NCBI GenBank assembly: GCA_046590325.1
Contig: JBKJUC010000037.1
Location: 3,457 to 67,456 of the forward strand
Length of the DNA stretch: 64,000 bases
Direction of reading: 5' to 3'
Source of the DNA: Burkholderiales bacterium
GTDB lineage: Bacteria > Pseudomonadota > Gammaproteobacteria > Burkholderiales > JACQAP01
The position numbers and the translations under genes were made by a program. The notes below the pieces were generated by a model. It was not told the origin of the DNA. It saw only the letters and a list, made by a program, of their open reading frames with translations, and did not search any database. Positions 38,869-48,712 of the stretch are shown here, piece by piece; position 1 is the stretch's first letter; every line of letters begins with the position of its first letter.

Positions 38869-40293
38869 ATGCAACCCAAGCAGAACACCACGGCCGGAAC
38901 TGCCGCGGCGGCCCCGGCCAAGTCGTGGTCGGGGAGGTTCAATGAACCGGTCGCGGAACTGGTCAAGCGCTATACCGCCTCGGTGGACTTCGACAAGAGA
39001 CTGGCGGAATTCGACATTGCCGGATCGCTAGCGCACGCGCGCATGCTCCATTCCGTCGGCGTACTCGGTGCGAAGGATCTGGCCGAGATCGATCGCGGCA
39101 TGCACGAGATCCTTGCCGAGATCCGCGGCGGCAGGTTCAACTGGTCGCTGGACCAGGAAGACGTCCATCTGAACATCGAGAAGCGCCTCACGGACCTCGT
39201 CGGCGACGCGGGCAAGCGCCTGCATACCGGCCGCTCGCGGAACGATCAGGTGGCGACCGACATCAGGCTCTACCTGCGCTGGGCCTGCGACGAGATCGAT
39301 GGACTGATCCGCGCCTTCCAGGAAAGCCTGCTCGACCTGGCGAACCACCACGTCGAAACCCTGATGCCCGGCTTCACCCATCTGCAGGTCGCTCAGCCGG
39401 TGAGCTTCGCGCATCACCTGATGGCGTACTACGAAATGCTGAAGCGCGATGCCTCGCGCTTTGCCGATTGCCGCGCGCGTCTCAACCAATTGCCGCTAGG
39501 CGCCGCCGCCCTCGCCGGCACCACTTTCCCGATCGACCGGGAGCGGGTCGCGCGGGAACTCGGCTTTGACGGCGTTTGTGAGAATTCTCTGGATGCGGTT
39601 TCCGATCGCGACTTCGCGATCGAATTCTGCGCCTGCGCGGCCCTGACGATGATGCACCTGTCGCGGCTGTCGGAAGAACTGATCCTGTGGATGAATCCGC
39701 GTTTCGGCTTCATCGACCTGGCCGATCGCTTCTGCACCGGCTCCTCGATCATGCCGCAGAAGAAGAACCCCGACGTGCCTGAACTGGTGCGCGGCAAGAC
39801 CGGCCGGGTCAACGGCCACCTGGTGGCCTTGCTGACCCTGATGAAAGGCCAGCCCCTTGCGTATAACAAGGACAACCAGGAGGACAAGGAGCCGCTGTTC
39901 GACACGGTGGATACTCTGACCGCCACGCTGAGGATCTACGCCGACATGATCGGCGGCATCAGCGTGAACAAAGACGCCATGCGCCGCGCCGCGCTGGAGG
40001 GTTATGCCACCGCGACGGACCTGGCCGACTACCTGGTGAAGAAGGGGGTGCCCTTCCGCGACGCACACGAAGCGGTAGCACGGGCCGTGCGCTACGCCTC
40101 GGAAAAGGGCAAGGATCTGGCCGAACTCGGCATCGAGGAACTCAAGGGGTTCTCGCCCGCGATCGAGGCCGATGCCCTGCAGAAGCTTTCGCTGGAAGGC
40201 TCGCTTGCCGCGCGCGACCATGTCGGCGGCACCGCGCCGTCGCAGGTGCGCGCCGCCATTGTTCGCGCACGTGCCGCCCTGGCCGCCGGCTGA
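38869..40293 (+). CDS. argH: Argininosuccinate lyase
   Basis: 474 aa. GRSRNDQV and [12 protein letters not shown] fumarate-lyase signature. Confidence 0.95.
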   Translation: MQPKQNTTAGTAAAAPAKSWSGRFNEPVAELVKRYTASVDFDKRLAEFDIAGSLAHARMLHSVGVLGAKDLAEIDRGMHEILAEIRGGRFNWSLDQEDVHLNIEKRLTDLVGDAGKRLHTGRSRNDQVATDIRLYLRWACDEIDGLIRAFQESLLDLANHHVETLMPGFTHLQVAQPVSFAHHLMAYYEMLKRDASRFADCRARLNQLPLGAAALAGTTFPIDRERVARELGFDGVCENSLDAVSDRDFAIEFCACAALTMMHLSRLSEELILWMNPRFGFIDLADRFCTGSSIMPQKKNPDVPELVRGKTGRVNGHLVALLTLMKGQPLAYNKDNQEDKEPLFDTVDTLTATLRIYADMIGGISVNKDAMRRAALEGYATATDLADYLVKKGVPFRDAHEAVARAVRYASEKGKDLAELGIEELKGFSPAIEADALQKLSLEGSLAARDHVGGTAPSQVRAAIVRARAALAAG

Positions 40294-40345
40294 AGCGCAA
40301 TCTTGCCCAAAGACGGTCAAGCTGCTAGATTCCGCGCAAATCTGA

Positions 40346-40399
40346 CTAGTCCAGCACGGCCTCGGCCCGCTGGACTAGATTATTTATTTTTGATTTTTG
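40346..40399 (+). terminator. Rho-independent terminator after argH
   Basis: ctagtccagc...gctggactag is a perfect 10-bp stem (40346-40378) with an internal ggcc/ggcc extension. It is followed by attatttatttttgattttt. Confidence 0.8.
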
Positions 40400-40431
40400 A
40401 TACACAAAAAAAGTTACACAGAGGACCGAAC

Positions 40432-41724
40432 ATGGGCAGGAGATCCCCGTTTTCCCTGAAACTGCTAACCGCCTTGCTCGCTGCCGCTGCACTCAACATG
40501 CCGGCCGCAGGCCTTGCGCAGAACAAACCCATTCGCATCGGCCTAGTCACCTTCCTTTCCGGTCCCGCTGCCGGCCCGTTCGGCGTCCCTGCGAAAATCG
40601 CGGCTGAGGCGATCGTCGAATCGATGAACGCGGGCAAGGTGCCCGCGCCTTACGCGACCAAGGGATTCGGCGGTACTCCGATCGAGCTGGCGATCATCGA
40701 CGAGGCCGGCGGTGCCACCAAGCAGGTAGCCGAGTTCCGCAACCTCGTCGAGCGTCAGAACGTCGACTTCGTGATCGGCTACATCGGCAGCGGCGACTGC
40801 CTCGCCATCGCCCCGGTCGCGGAGGAAATGAAGAAGCTCACCATCCTGTTCGATTGCGGTACCCCGCGCGTGTTCGAGGATGCGAGCTACAAATACGTGT
40901 TCCGCACCCGTTCGCACGCCACCATGGACGCGGTGGCTGGTGCCATGTACCTGCTCGACAACAAGCCGGGCATCAAGAACTACGGCGGCATCAACCAGAA
41001 TTATGCCTACGGCCAGGATTCATGGGCCGACTTCGCCGCCGTGATGTCGGCGCTCAAGCCCGACGCCACGGTCACGACGTCCCAGATGCCCAAGTTCGGC
41101 GCCGGCCAGTACGGACCAGAAATCTCCGCGCTGCTGCAGACGAAATCGGACGTCATTCATTCCAGCTTGTGGGGCGGAGACCTCGAGGCCTTCATGCTGC
41201 AGTCGATGCCGCGCAACCTTTTTGCCACCAACCAGTTGATCCTGGTGGCGGGCGAGCCCTACCTGCACCGGCTGCCGGGCAACATTCCGGACGGTACGAT
41301 CATCGGTGCGCGGGGACCGAATGGAGCCTATGCGCCAAAGAGCGCGCTTAAGGACTGGCTGGTCCAGATCTACAAGCAGAAAGCGGAAATCGAACCGAAC
41401 TATCCGGCCTACAGCGTGGCCATGGCTTTCCTGGGCCTGAAAGCGGCCTACGAAAAGGCCAAGGCCCGGAGCGGGGACGACGCCGAGCAGGTGATCAAGG
41501 CGCTGGAGTACTCGACCTTCGATACGCCGGCCGGCAAGGTAATGATGAAGCTGGGCAAGGGCCACCAGGCCGTCACCGGCACCGCCTATGGCGCGACGCG
41601 CACGGTCAACGGCCAGATCACGCTCGGTAACATCAAGTATTACGCGATCGAGCGCGTGCAGCCTCCCGAAGGCGTGAAGAGCCTGGACTGGATCAAGGAC
41701 GGGATGAAACCCGGCAAGTGGTAA
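40432..41724 (+). CDS. ABC transporter substrate-binding protein (PBP1, Liv/amide-urea type)
   Basis: Signal peptide MGRRSPFSLKLLTALLAAAALNMPAAGLA, then IRIGLVTFLSGPAAG. Followed by LivHMGF-type genes. ATG at 40432; the track ORF starts upstream inside the terminator. Confidence 0.85.
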   Translation: MGRRSPFSLKLLTALLAAAALNMPAAGLAQNKPIRIGLVTFLSGPAAGPFGVPAKIAAEAIVESMNAGKVPAPYATKGFGGTPIELAIIDEAGGATKQVAEFRNLVERQNVDFVIGYIGSGDCLAIAPVAEEMKKLTILFDCGTPRVFEDASYKYVFRTRSHATMDAVAGAMYLLDNKPGIKNYGGINQNYAYGQDSWADFAAVMSALKPDATVTTSQMPKFGAGQYGPEISALLQTKSDVIHSSLWGGDLEAFMLQSMPRNLFATNQLILVAGEPYLHRLPGNIPDGTIIGARGPNGAYAPKSALKDWLVQIYKQKAEIEPNYPAYSVAMAFLGLKAAYEKAKARSGDDAEQVIKALEYSTFDTPAGKVMMKLGKGHQAVTGTAYGATRTVNGQITLGNIKYYAIERVQPPEGVKSLDWIKDGMKPGKW

Positions 41725-41740
41725 GCCTGCAAGCGTAACG

Positions 41741-42652
41741 ATGGGGCAACTCCTCGCAGTCGTCATCGACGGCCTGATTTACTCCTCCTGGCTGTTCATC
41801 ATCGCCGTGGGGCTCACGCTGATCTATGGCGTGATGAAGATCCTGAACATCGCCCACGGCAGCCTGTACGCACTGGGCGCATTCACCTCCGTTTCGTTCA
41901 CCAGCGCGTGGTTCGCGCACGGCTACCCTGTCATGGGAAGCTACGCAATGCTCGCGCTGGCAGCCGTCGTCGTCGGACTGGTGGCCGGGCCCATCATCGA
42001 GCGCGGCTTGCTGCGCTTCCTGTACGGCAAAGATGAAGTCGTTCTGGTTCTGGTGACCTACGCCTTGTTCCTGATCCTGGAGGACCTGATCAAGCTCGTC
42101 TGGGGCGTCGATCCGCTGTTTGTACAGGGACCGAAGGGCGAGACCCCCTATGCCCTGCTCGGCAATTTCGAAGTCGGCGGACTGACGTATCCGGTGTACA
42201 ACTTGTTGCTGATCGCCGTGGCGATCGCCACGGCGGCAATCCTGACATGGGTGCTCGCCCGGACCCGGGCCGGCAAGCTCCTGATAGCCGTCATCCACGA
42301 CCGCGAGACGGCAGCAGCAATGGGGATTGATGTCGGACGCACCTACTTCGTCACCTTCACGCTCGGCGCCATGCTTGCAGCCGTGGGTGGCGCGCTCACC
42401 GCACCAACTGTCTCGGTGGTCACCGGCATGGGGGCCGAGGTCATCGTCATCGCCTTCGCCGTGGTGGTGATTGGCGGACTCGGTAGCCTGCCCGGCGCCG
42501 CGCTGGGGGCGCTCATCGTCGGGATGGTCCGCGCGGCATCCATTCATTACCGCCCTGAGCTGGAGCTCTTCGCGGTCTATTTTGTTATGGCGGTGGTGCT
42601 GATCGTGCGGCCGAAAGGCCTGTTCAGCGCGGCCGAGGTACGCAAGATATGA
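41741..42652 (+). CDS. Branched-chain amino acid-type ABC transporter permease (LivH-like)
   Basis: 303 aa polytopic protein with LivH-like sequence (INIAHGSLYALGAF). Confidence 0.88.
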   Translation: MGQLLAVVIDGLIYSSWLFIIAVGLTLIYGVMKILNIAHGSLYALGAFTSVSFTSAWFAHGYPVMGSYAMLALAAVVVGLVAGPIIERGLLRFLYGKDEVVLVLVTYALFLILEDLIKLVWGVDPLFVQGPKGETPYALLGNFEVGGLTYPVYNLLLIAVAIATAAILTWVLARTRAGKLLIAVIHDRETAAAMGIDVGRTYFVTFTLGAMLAAVGGALTAPTVSVVTGMGAEVIVIAFAVVVIGGLGSLPGAALGALIVGMVRAASIHYRPELELFAVYFVMAVVLIVRPKGLFSAAEVRKI

Positions 42653-43686
42653 GGCTCGATCGCACCACCATCACCATCGCGATCGTCACCGTCGTGCTGC
42701 TGGTCGCCGGCCCCATGGTCCCCGCATGGGTAATGTCGCTGATAAAAATATCCCTTTGTTACGGCATCGTCGTGCTGGGCATGCTGGTGCTGATGCGCAC
42801 TGGACTGGTCTCTTTCGGGCACGGGCTTTACTTCTGCCTGGGGGCGTATGCCGCGGCAGCGCACGACAGACTTGCGAATTCACTCGCCGAGCTCGGCGCC
42901 TCCAGCGACTGGTCGCTGATACGCGGAACGCTGCGGTTGCCAAAGCTGTTTGTGGACGCACTGACAGGCGTATTCGGACCGTATGACATGGCGGTCATGG
43001 TCGGATTTTCCATCGCAGTTACCGGGATCACCGCCTGGATCCTCGGCTTTCTCCTGCGCAAGTACCGGGATATTTTCTTCGCGATGCTCTCGCTTGCATT
43101 CTCGATGATCCTGTACGGACTGCTGGTCAAGAGCTCGGCGCTGGGTTCGACGGACGGCTTCAACATCGCCGCCCGAAGTCTGCTGGGCGTCGGGCTTGCG
43201 GGGGATTCGCTCCGTCAAGCGATATACGTGGTCATCGTGGTGGTGACGATGCTGTCGGCCTGGCTGATCAACCTTTACCTGCGCAGCCATCGCGGGCGCC
43301 TCGCGGAAGCGATCCGGGACAACGAGCTGCGCGTGGAGTACATGGGCGCATCGGTACGCAGGACCATTCACGTGAACTACATCATCTCCGCGGTCCTCGC
43401 CGGAATCGGCGGCGCGCTGATGGCGATCAATATCGGCCACATCGACCCGGAGATGTCCTACTGGACGACGTCCGGCGAGTTCGTCTTCATCGGGATTCTC
43501 GCCGGCACCGGTAATGTGCTGGCGCCTTTCCTCGGCGCACTGATTTTCGAAACCATCCGCAGCTTCGCCTACGAATATTCGCCGAACACCTGGCAGATGG
43601 CGCTCGGAATCACAATGCTAATAGTTATCTTGTTCCTGCCGGGCGGCCTGTGGTCGCTGTTCGGCAAGTTTAGGAAAGCGTCCTGA
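42649..43686 (+). CDS. Branched-chain amino acid-type ABC transporter permease (LivM-like)
   Basis: 345 aa polytopic protein. ATGA overlap with the upstream permease gene. Confidence 0.85.
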   Translation: MRLDRTTITIAIVTVVLLVAGPMVPAWVMSLIKISLCYGIVVLGMLVLMRTGLVSFGHGLYFCLGAYAAAAHDRLANSLAELGASSDWSLIRGTLRLPKLFVDALTGVFGPYDMAVMVGFSIAVTGITAWILGFLLRKYRDIFFAMLSLAFSMILYGLLVKSSALGSTDGFNIAARSLLGVGLAGDSLRQAIYVVIVVVTMLSAWLINLYLRSHRGRLAEAIRDNELRVEYMGASVRRTIHVNYIISAVLAGIGGALMAINIGHIDPEMSYWTTSGEFVFIGILAGTGNVLAPFLGALIFETIRSFAYEYSPNTWQMALGITMLIVILFLPGGLWSLFGKFRKAS

Positions 43687-43687
43687 C

Positions 43688-44470
43688 ATGGCCGTCGTGC
43701 TCGAAGCCAGAGGGCTCAACAAGAGTTTCGGCGCAGTGACCGCCGCATCCGACATCAACGTCGCCGTCGAGCAGGACAGCGTGGTCGGACTGATCGGCAG
43801 CAACGGAGCCGGCAAAACCACGTTCATCAACATGGTGACCGGCTATCTCAAACCGACGTCGGGCACCATCACGTTCCGCGGCCACGACATTACGCCGCTC
43901 AGCCCCAGGCTCATCACCCGGCTGGGCATCTGTCGCTCCTTCCAGATCCCGCAGTTGTTCAATTCGCTGTCGGTATACGAGAACCTGCTGGTCGGCGTCG
44001 GCATCGTGTTTTCCGCCGGCGCGAAATGGGCCGATGCCACGCATCACGCCGGCACGCCCCAGAAGGCGGTGGACAGCATGCTGGAACGTTTTGGGCTCGG
44101 CGCCTATCGCGACAAACCTGCAGGCGTGCTGCCGGAAGGCGTTCGCAAGCTGCTGGACATCGCCATGGCGATGGCCGTCAAGCCAAAGGTCCTGCTGCTG
44201 GACGAGCCGACTTCGGGTGTATCGGCAGACGAAAAGTACGTCCTCATGGACATGGTAATGGAAGCGGTGCGCGCCCAGAACGTAACCGTGCTGTTTGTCG
44301 AGCACGATATGGACATTGTCAACCGCTACACGCAGCGCATCCTGGCCTTCTACGAAGGCCGGATCATCGCGGACGGCGAGCCCGCAAAGGTGCTGGGCGA
44401 TCCGGAAGTGCGCAAGTACGTGACCGGGGAAGTGCGCGCCGGCGATGGAGGCAATCATGTTGCGCATTGA
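43688..44470 (+). CDS. ABC transporter ATP-binding protein (LivG-like)
   Basis: Walker A GSNGAGKTT, LLLDEPTSG, H-loop VEHDM. Confidence 0.9.
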   Translation: MAVVLEARGLNKSFGAVTAASDINVAVEQDSVVGLIGSNGAGKTTFINMVTGYLKPTSGTITFRGHDITPLSPRLITRLGICRSFQIPQLFNSLSVYENLLVGVGIVFSAGAKWADATHHAGTPQKAVDSMLERFGLGAYRDKPAGVLPEGVRKLLDIAMAMAVKPKVLLLDEPTSGVSADEKYVLMDMVMEAVRAQNVTVLFVEHDMDIVNRYTQRILAFYEGRIIADGEPAKVLGDPEVRKYVTGEVRAGDGGNHVAH

Positions 44471-45104
44471 AAGCCTGGACGTCTCCATCCAGTCGGTAGG
44501 CATCTTGCGTGGCGTCAGTATGGACGTGCCGACCGGCAGGTTCGTCGGCCTGATCGGGCGCAATGGCGCCGGCAAGACCACGCTGATGCGCGCGGTAATG
44601 GGCATCCTGCCCGCGAAGCAGGGCAGCATCAGCTTCGACGGCGTCGTGCTGGCCAAGACCCCGACTTACCGGCGCGCGCGCAATGGAATCGGCTACATGC
44701 CGGAGGACCGCCGCCTGGTTCCGCAACTCACCGTGGAAGAGAACGTGCTCATCCCGGCGTGGTCGGCCGGCATGAAGGACCCACGGGAGCGGCTCGCCGC
44801 GATCTACAAGATGATTCCGGAAGTCGAGAATTTCGCCGGACGCAAAGCGCTGCAGCTTTCGGGTGGCCAGCAGAAGCTGGTCGCGCTGGCCCGGGCCTTG
44901 ATGTGCGGCACCAAGCTGCTGCTGCTGGACGAACCCTTCGAAGGCGTGGCGCCGGTGCTCGCGCGCCGGTTGGCCGACGTGATTGCCGCACTCAAGCAGC
45001 AAGGCATGTCGATCATCCTGACCGAATCGGACTTGTCCCATTCGGAAGAAATGCTGGACGTGGTCTACACCATTGACCGCGGCCAGGTCTCGATCGGCAG
45101 CTAG
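44445..45104 (+). CDS. ABC transporter ATP-binding protein (LivF-like)
   Basis: Walker A GRNGAGKTT, signature LSGGQQK, LLLDEP. The start may instead be the ATG at 44457 (MLRIESL). Confidence 0.9.
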   Translation: MEAIMLRIESLDVSIQSVGILRGVSMDVPTGRFVGLIGRNGAGKTTLMRAVMGILPAKQGSISFDGVVLAKTPTYRRARNGIGYMPEDRRLVPQLTVEENVLIPAWSAGMKDPRERLAAIYKMIPEVENFAGRKALQLSGGQQKLVALARALMCGTKLLLLDEPFEGVAPVLARRLADVIAALKQQGMSIILTESDLSHSEEMLDVVYTIDRGQVSIGS

Positions 45105-45373
45105 TCCTTCAATCCCGCCGCCTGGCGGCGGTGGAATTCCACGGTCTTGATTGCAGGCGATGACGCCTTCGCGTCCGTCGCACAACCCTTGCAAGTACTG
45201 CAGCCCGTGTCTTCGGCTGCGCTTTCCAGGCGCACAATCCAGCTTCGCTGAGAGGCGGGTGCGGCTGACTTGAGCCGGGCGACGAACCAGCGGCGCAGGA
45301 CCTGCGGCATGAGCAACCACGCAGAATAGAACATGGCGGCAGCGACGATGGAATAAGCGATCAGTGCCTGCAT
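45101..45373 (-). CDS. Small FeoB-associated Cys-rich membrane protein (FeoC substitute candidate)
   Basis: 90 aa. N-terminal TM (ALIAYSIVAAAMFYSAWLL) and a GCSTCKGC Cys cluster. The ATG is 3 nt after the feoB stop. Confidence 0.6.
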   Translation of the reverse strand: MQALIAYSIVAAAMFYSAWLLMPQVLRRWFVARLKSAAPASQRSWIVRLESAAEDTGCSTCKGCATDAKASSPAIKTVEFHRRQAAGLKD

Positions 45374-45376
45374 GGA

Positions 45377-47230
45377 TCAGGTTCCCGTAAACATCAGCGT
45401 GACCCGATAGGTGATGAAGGCCGCGGTGTACGCAAGCGCGAACAGGTAGGCCGCCATCAGCAGTGGATAGCGGATCGAGTTGGTCTCGCGCTTGACGATC
45501 GCCAGCGTGGATATGCACTGGGGGGCGAAGACGTACCAGGCAAGCAGCGAAAATGCAGTCGCCATGGACCAGCTTCCGGCGATCATCGGCGTAAGCTGGG
45601 CCGCGACGTCATCGCCGGTCGCGGACAATGCGTAGACGGTGCCGAGAGCGCCAACCGCCACTTCACGCGCCGCGAGACCCGGGATCAGGGCGATGGATAT
45701 CTGCCAGTTGAACCCGATCGGCGCGAGCAGGACTTCAAGGCCCCTGCCGATGATGCCGGCCAGGCTGTACTGGATCGCCGGTCCCGTGGCGTCGACCGGC
45801 GGCGCCGGGAACGAGGACAGGAACCAGAGCAGGATGGTCAGCGACAGGATGATGCCGCCGACGCGTGCCAGAAAGATTTTCGCGCGCTCGTACAGGCCCA
45901 TCGCCAGATTCGTGGGATTGGGCCAGCGGTAGGAGGGCAATTCCATCATCAGCGGATGCTGCAACGTGCGTCCCGCGGCCATTTTTATCACCCAGGCTAC
46001 CGCCATCGCGCCGACGATGCCTGCGAAGTAAAGGACGAACAGCACCACCCCCTGCAAGTTAAGGAAGCCCAAAACCGTGCGCTCGGGAATGAACGCCCCG
46101 ATGATCAGGGCGTAGACGGGCAGGCGCGCCGAACAGGTCGTCAGGGGCGCGATCATGATCGTCGTCAGCCGGTCCCTCCAGTTCGCTATGTTGCGGGTGG
46201 CCATGATGCCTGGCACCGCGCAAGCAAAACTGGACAGCAGCGGAATGAAAGAACGGCCGGACAGCCCGACGGTGCTCATGAGGCGGTCGAGGATGAAAGC
46301 CGCGCGCGGCAGGTATCCGGAATCCTCCAGTGCCAGGATGAACAGGAACAGAATCAGGATCTGCGGCAGGAATACCACCACGCTCCCCACTCCCGCTACG
46401 ACACCGTCGACCAGCAGGCTTTCTAGCACGCCCTCGGGCAGCCATTTCGTCAGTGTCCCGCCGGTGAATTCAACCGCTGCCTTGATCCAGTCCATCGGCA
46501 ACTGGGCCCAGCTGAACACCGCCTGGAACATGAGGAACAGCGTCACGGCGAGGACGAGGAAGCCCCAGAGCGGATGCATGACGACGCGGTCCAGCGCATC
46601 GTCGACGACCAATTGCCGGACCGGCTGCTGCACGGCGAGGGCAAGGATACGGCGGACCTCGCGCTGTGAGGCGCCGACATCCTCCACGTCCGGGGCTTTC
46701 CACGCCACCACCGGCACGGGGCGATCGGACAAGTGGGCCTGGATGGCGCTGACGAGTTCGTCGGCACCACCGCGGCGCACCGCCACCGTTTGCACCACGG
46801 GCATGCCCAGCTCGCGCTCCAGGGCGGGAAGATCGATTTTGACGCCGCGGCTCCTGGCCACGTCAGCCATGTTGAGCGCAAGGACCATGGGCAATCCGAG
46901 GCGCTTGGCCTCGACCACCAGCCTCAGGTTCAGGCGAAGGTTGGTCGCATCCGTCACGCAAACCAGCAGTTCCGGTCGCTCTTCACCCTCCCTGGCGCCG
47001 AGTACGACATCGCGGGTGATCATTTCGTCCAGGCTCAGCGCATTCAGGCTGTATGCGCCGGGAAGATCAAGGACGCGGACACGCTGACCCGAAGGAGTCT
47101 CGAATGAACCTTCCTTACGCTCGACGGTGACGCCCGCGTAGTTCGCCACCTTCTGCCGGCTGCCGGTCAACAGGTTGAACAAGGCTGTCTTGCCGCAGTT
47201 GGGATTGCCCAGCAGGGCGATGCGCAGCAT
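45377..47230 (-). CDS. feoB: Ferrous iron transporter FeoB
   Basis: G-domain GNPNCGKT, DLPG, NMAD, followed by a polytopic membrane domain. Start is ATG at 47228-47230 (MLRIALLGNPN); the track ORF begins at a TTG 21 nt upstream. Confidence 0.93.
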   Translation of the reverse strand: MLRIALLGNPNCGKTALFNLLTGSRQKVANYAGVTVERKEGSFETPSGQRVRVLDLPGAYSLNALSLDEMITRDVVLGAREGEERPELLVCVTDATNLRLNLRLVVEAKRLGLPMVLALNMADVARSRGVKIDLPALERELGMPVVQTVAVRRGGADELVSAIQAHLSDRPVPVVAWKAPDVEDVGASQREVRRILALAVQQPVRQLVVDDALDRVVMHPLWGFLVLAVTLFLMFQAVFSWAQLPMDWIKAAVEFTGGTLTKWLPEGVLESLLVDGVVAGVGSVVVFLPQILILFLFILALEDSGYLPRAAFILDRLMSTVGLSGRSFIPLLSSFACAVPGIMATRNIANWRDRLTTIMIAPLTTCSARLPVYALIIGAFIPERTVLGFLNLQGVVLFVLYFAGIVGAMAVAWVIKMAAGRTLQHPLMMELPSYRWPNPTNLAMGLYERAKIFLARVGGIILSLTILLWFLSSFPAPPVDATGPAIQYSLAGIIGRGLEVLLAPIGFNWQISIALIPGLAAREVAVGALGTVYALSATGDDVAAQLTPMIAGSWSMATAFSLLAWYVFAPQCISTLAIVKRETNSIRYPLLMAAYLFALAYTAAFITYRVTLMFTGT

Positions 47231-47247
47231 GCCGGGCGACGTTGCGC

Positions 47248-47553
47248 TCAAGCAACCGCTCCCGGTGCTGCCACGACCAACACACGGTCGGCTTCGAAAC
47301 GGCGCAAAGCGAATGTGGTGCTGCCGATGCGGATCGCTATCGGCTCGTGGCCGGGGAATCCATGCGCCACCACCCGCAGGGTTTCGCCTTCGACAAACCC
47401 CAGTTCAAGCAGTCGCAGGCCGATATCCCCCACTTCGGGCTGGGCGGCTCCGGTGAGGACCTTGCGGATGGTGACTGTCTGACCCACGGCAACCTCGCTC
47501 AGCGCGATGGCCTCGATGACGGCGGCGGATTTGAGGGCGGGTTCGGCGTGCAT
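47248..47553 (-). CDS. feoA: Ferrous iron transport protein FeoA
   Basis: SH3-like FeoA pattern (VGQTVTIRKV...LRLLELGFVEGETLRVV...IAIRIGSTTFALRR). Start at the ATG at 47551-47553; the longer track ORF is unlikely. Confidence 0.8.
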   Translation of the reverse strand: MHAEPALKSAAVIEAIALSEVAVGQTVTIRKVLTGAAQPEVGDIGLRLLELGFVEGETLRVVAHGFPGHEPIAIRIGSTTFALRRFEADRVLVVAAPGAVA

Positions 47554-47718
47554 TCGCGGCCTGGTTTGGGTAAGGACTTGGCTAGCTGAAGGATAAGGGG
47601 AATGCGAATCGTTACTGATTATGTCCCTTTTCAGGGGGGTTCGCATCAGCCACAACTGTCCTGGAAAACAGCGGCAAAGGGCGCGGGGAGCGCATTGCCC
47701 GGGCAATCGGGGAAAACC

Positions 47719-48525
47719 TCAGCTGCGTTGGGCGAAAAAGGCGGCCATCGCCTTCCAGTACTCCGGGTCGGCTTCCAGATCGTTGTGCCCGGCTTCCGCA
47801 AACTCGCGCCAGGTCTTGGGTCCGGCCCATTTCGAGAACAAGGCCCGCGCATGGGCCACAGGAACAATGTTGTCGCGCCGGGCGGCCAGCAGGAGCAATG
47901 AGGTGGAAATACGCGGCGCGCGTCCAATCGAATCAAAGCTGTGCTTCAGCAACAGCGATACCGGCGCATAGGGATAGTGTCGTTGCGCCACGGCCCGGAG
48001 GCTGTCGTAGGGTGTAGTCAGCACCACGCCCGCCAGCGGGCGTTCGGCAGCGAGGTAGACGGCAACCCCGCTGCCGAGGCTGCGGCCGATGGCGACGATG
48101 CGCGCCGGGTCGACATCGGGACGGCGGGTAGCCCAATCGTGCAGCACCAGCGCGTCGGCACACAGCGCACGTTCCGACGGAGTGCCTGAATTGCCGCCGT
48201 ACCCGCGATAGTTCACCGCCAGCAGGGCCCAGCCCGGTAAACGCCCGGCCAGCGTCGCCATGTGCGACACCTCTTCCGCGTTGCCGCCGAAGTAAATCGC
48301 CAGCGGCAGGCGCGGGACAGCAACCGATCCCGGTTTCGCCAGCCAGCCGCGCAGCGTCACGCCGTCCGGTGTGGCGATCTGCACTTCGCTGATTGCAAGG
48401 TCCGCTGCGCGCGGCGGGATGCCCGGCGCGGCCTGGGGATAGAAAATCAGCCGGTCCTGCGCAAAGTACAGCAGCGCCGAAAGGCCGATGGCCGCGAGGA
48501 CTAGAACGGAGATTGCACTGATCAT
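47719..48525 (-). CDS. Alpha/beta hydrolase
   Basis: N-terminal TM, then LYFAQDRLIFYP. Nucleophile elbow GRSLGSG and a C-terminal GHND. Start at the ATG at 48523-48525. Confidence 0.75.
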   Translation of the reverse strand: MISAISVLVLAAIGLSALLYFAQDRLIFYPQAAPGIPPRAADLAISEVQIATPDGVTLRGWLAKPGSVAVPRLPLAIYFGGNAEEVSHMATLAGRLPGWALLAVNYRGYGGNSGTPSERALCADALVLHDWATRRPDVDPARIVAIGRSLGSGVAVYLAAERPLAGVVLTTPYDSLRAVAQRHYPYAPVSLLLKHSFDSIGRAPRISTSLLLLAARRDNIVPVAHARALFSKWAGPKTWREFAEAGHNDLEADPEYWKAMAAFFAQRS

Positions 48526-48712
48526 GAGTCTGCTCAGAATGCGTTTCCAGTCCACCCCGCACCTCGCCGATCGAGACCTGATTAACCCGAAGCATACCGA
48601 ACCGCCCGCCCGGGCAGCGCGGACATTCACCCGGAACGGGCCCGGGTTAAACTTCCCCCTTCGCGCAGGCGTTCCGCCGCCGGAACGTCACCTTGCGCCG
48701 TAGGTCCCAACA

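Noticed and set aside
47605-47623. A possible Fur box upstream of feoA (minus strand CATAATCAGTAACGATTCG).
   Set aside because: By my count only about 9 of 19 positions match the GATAATGATAATCATTATC consensus. That is too weak to call without a position-weight-matrix scan or comparative support.
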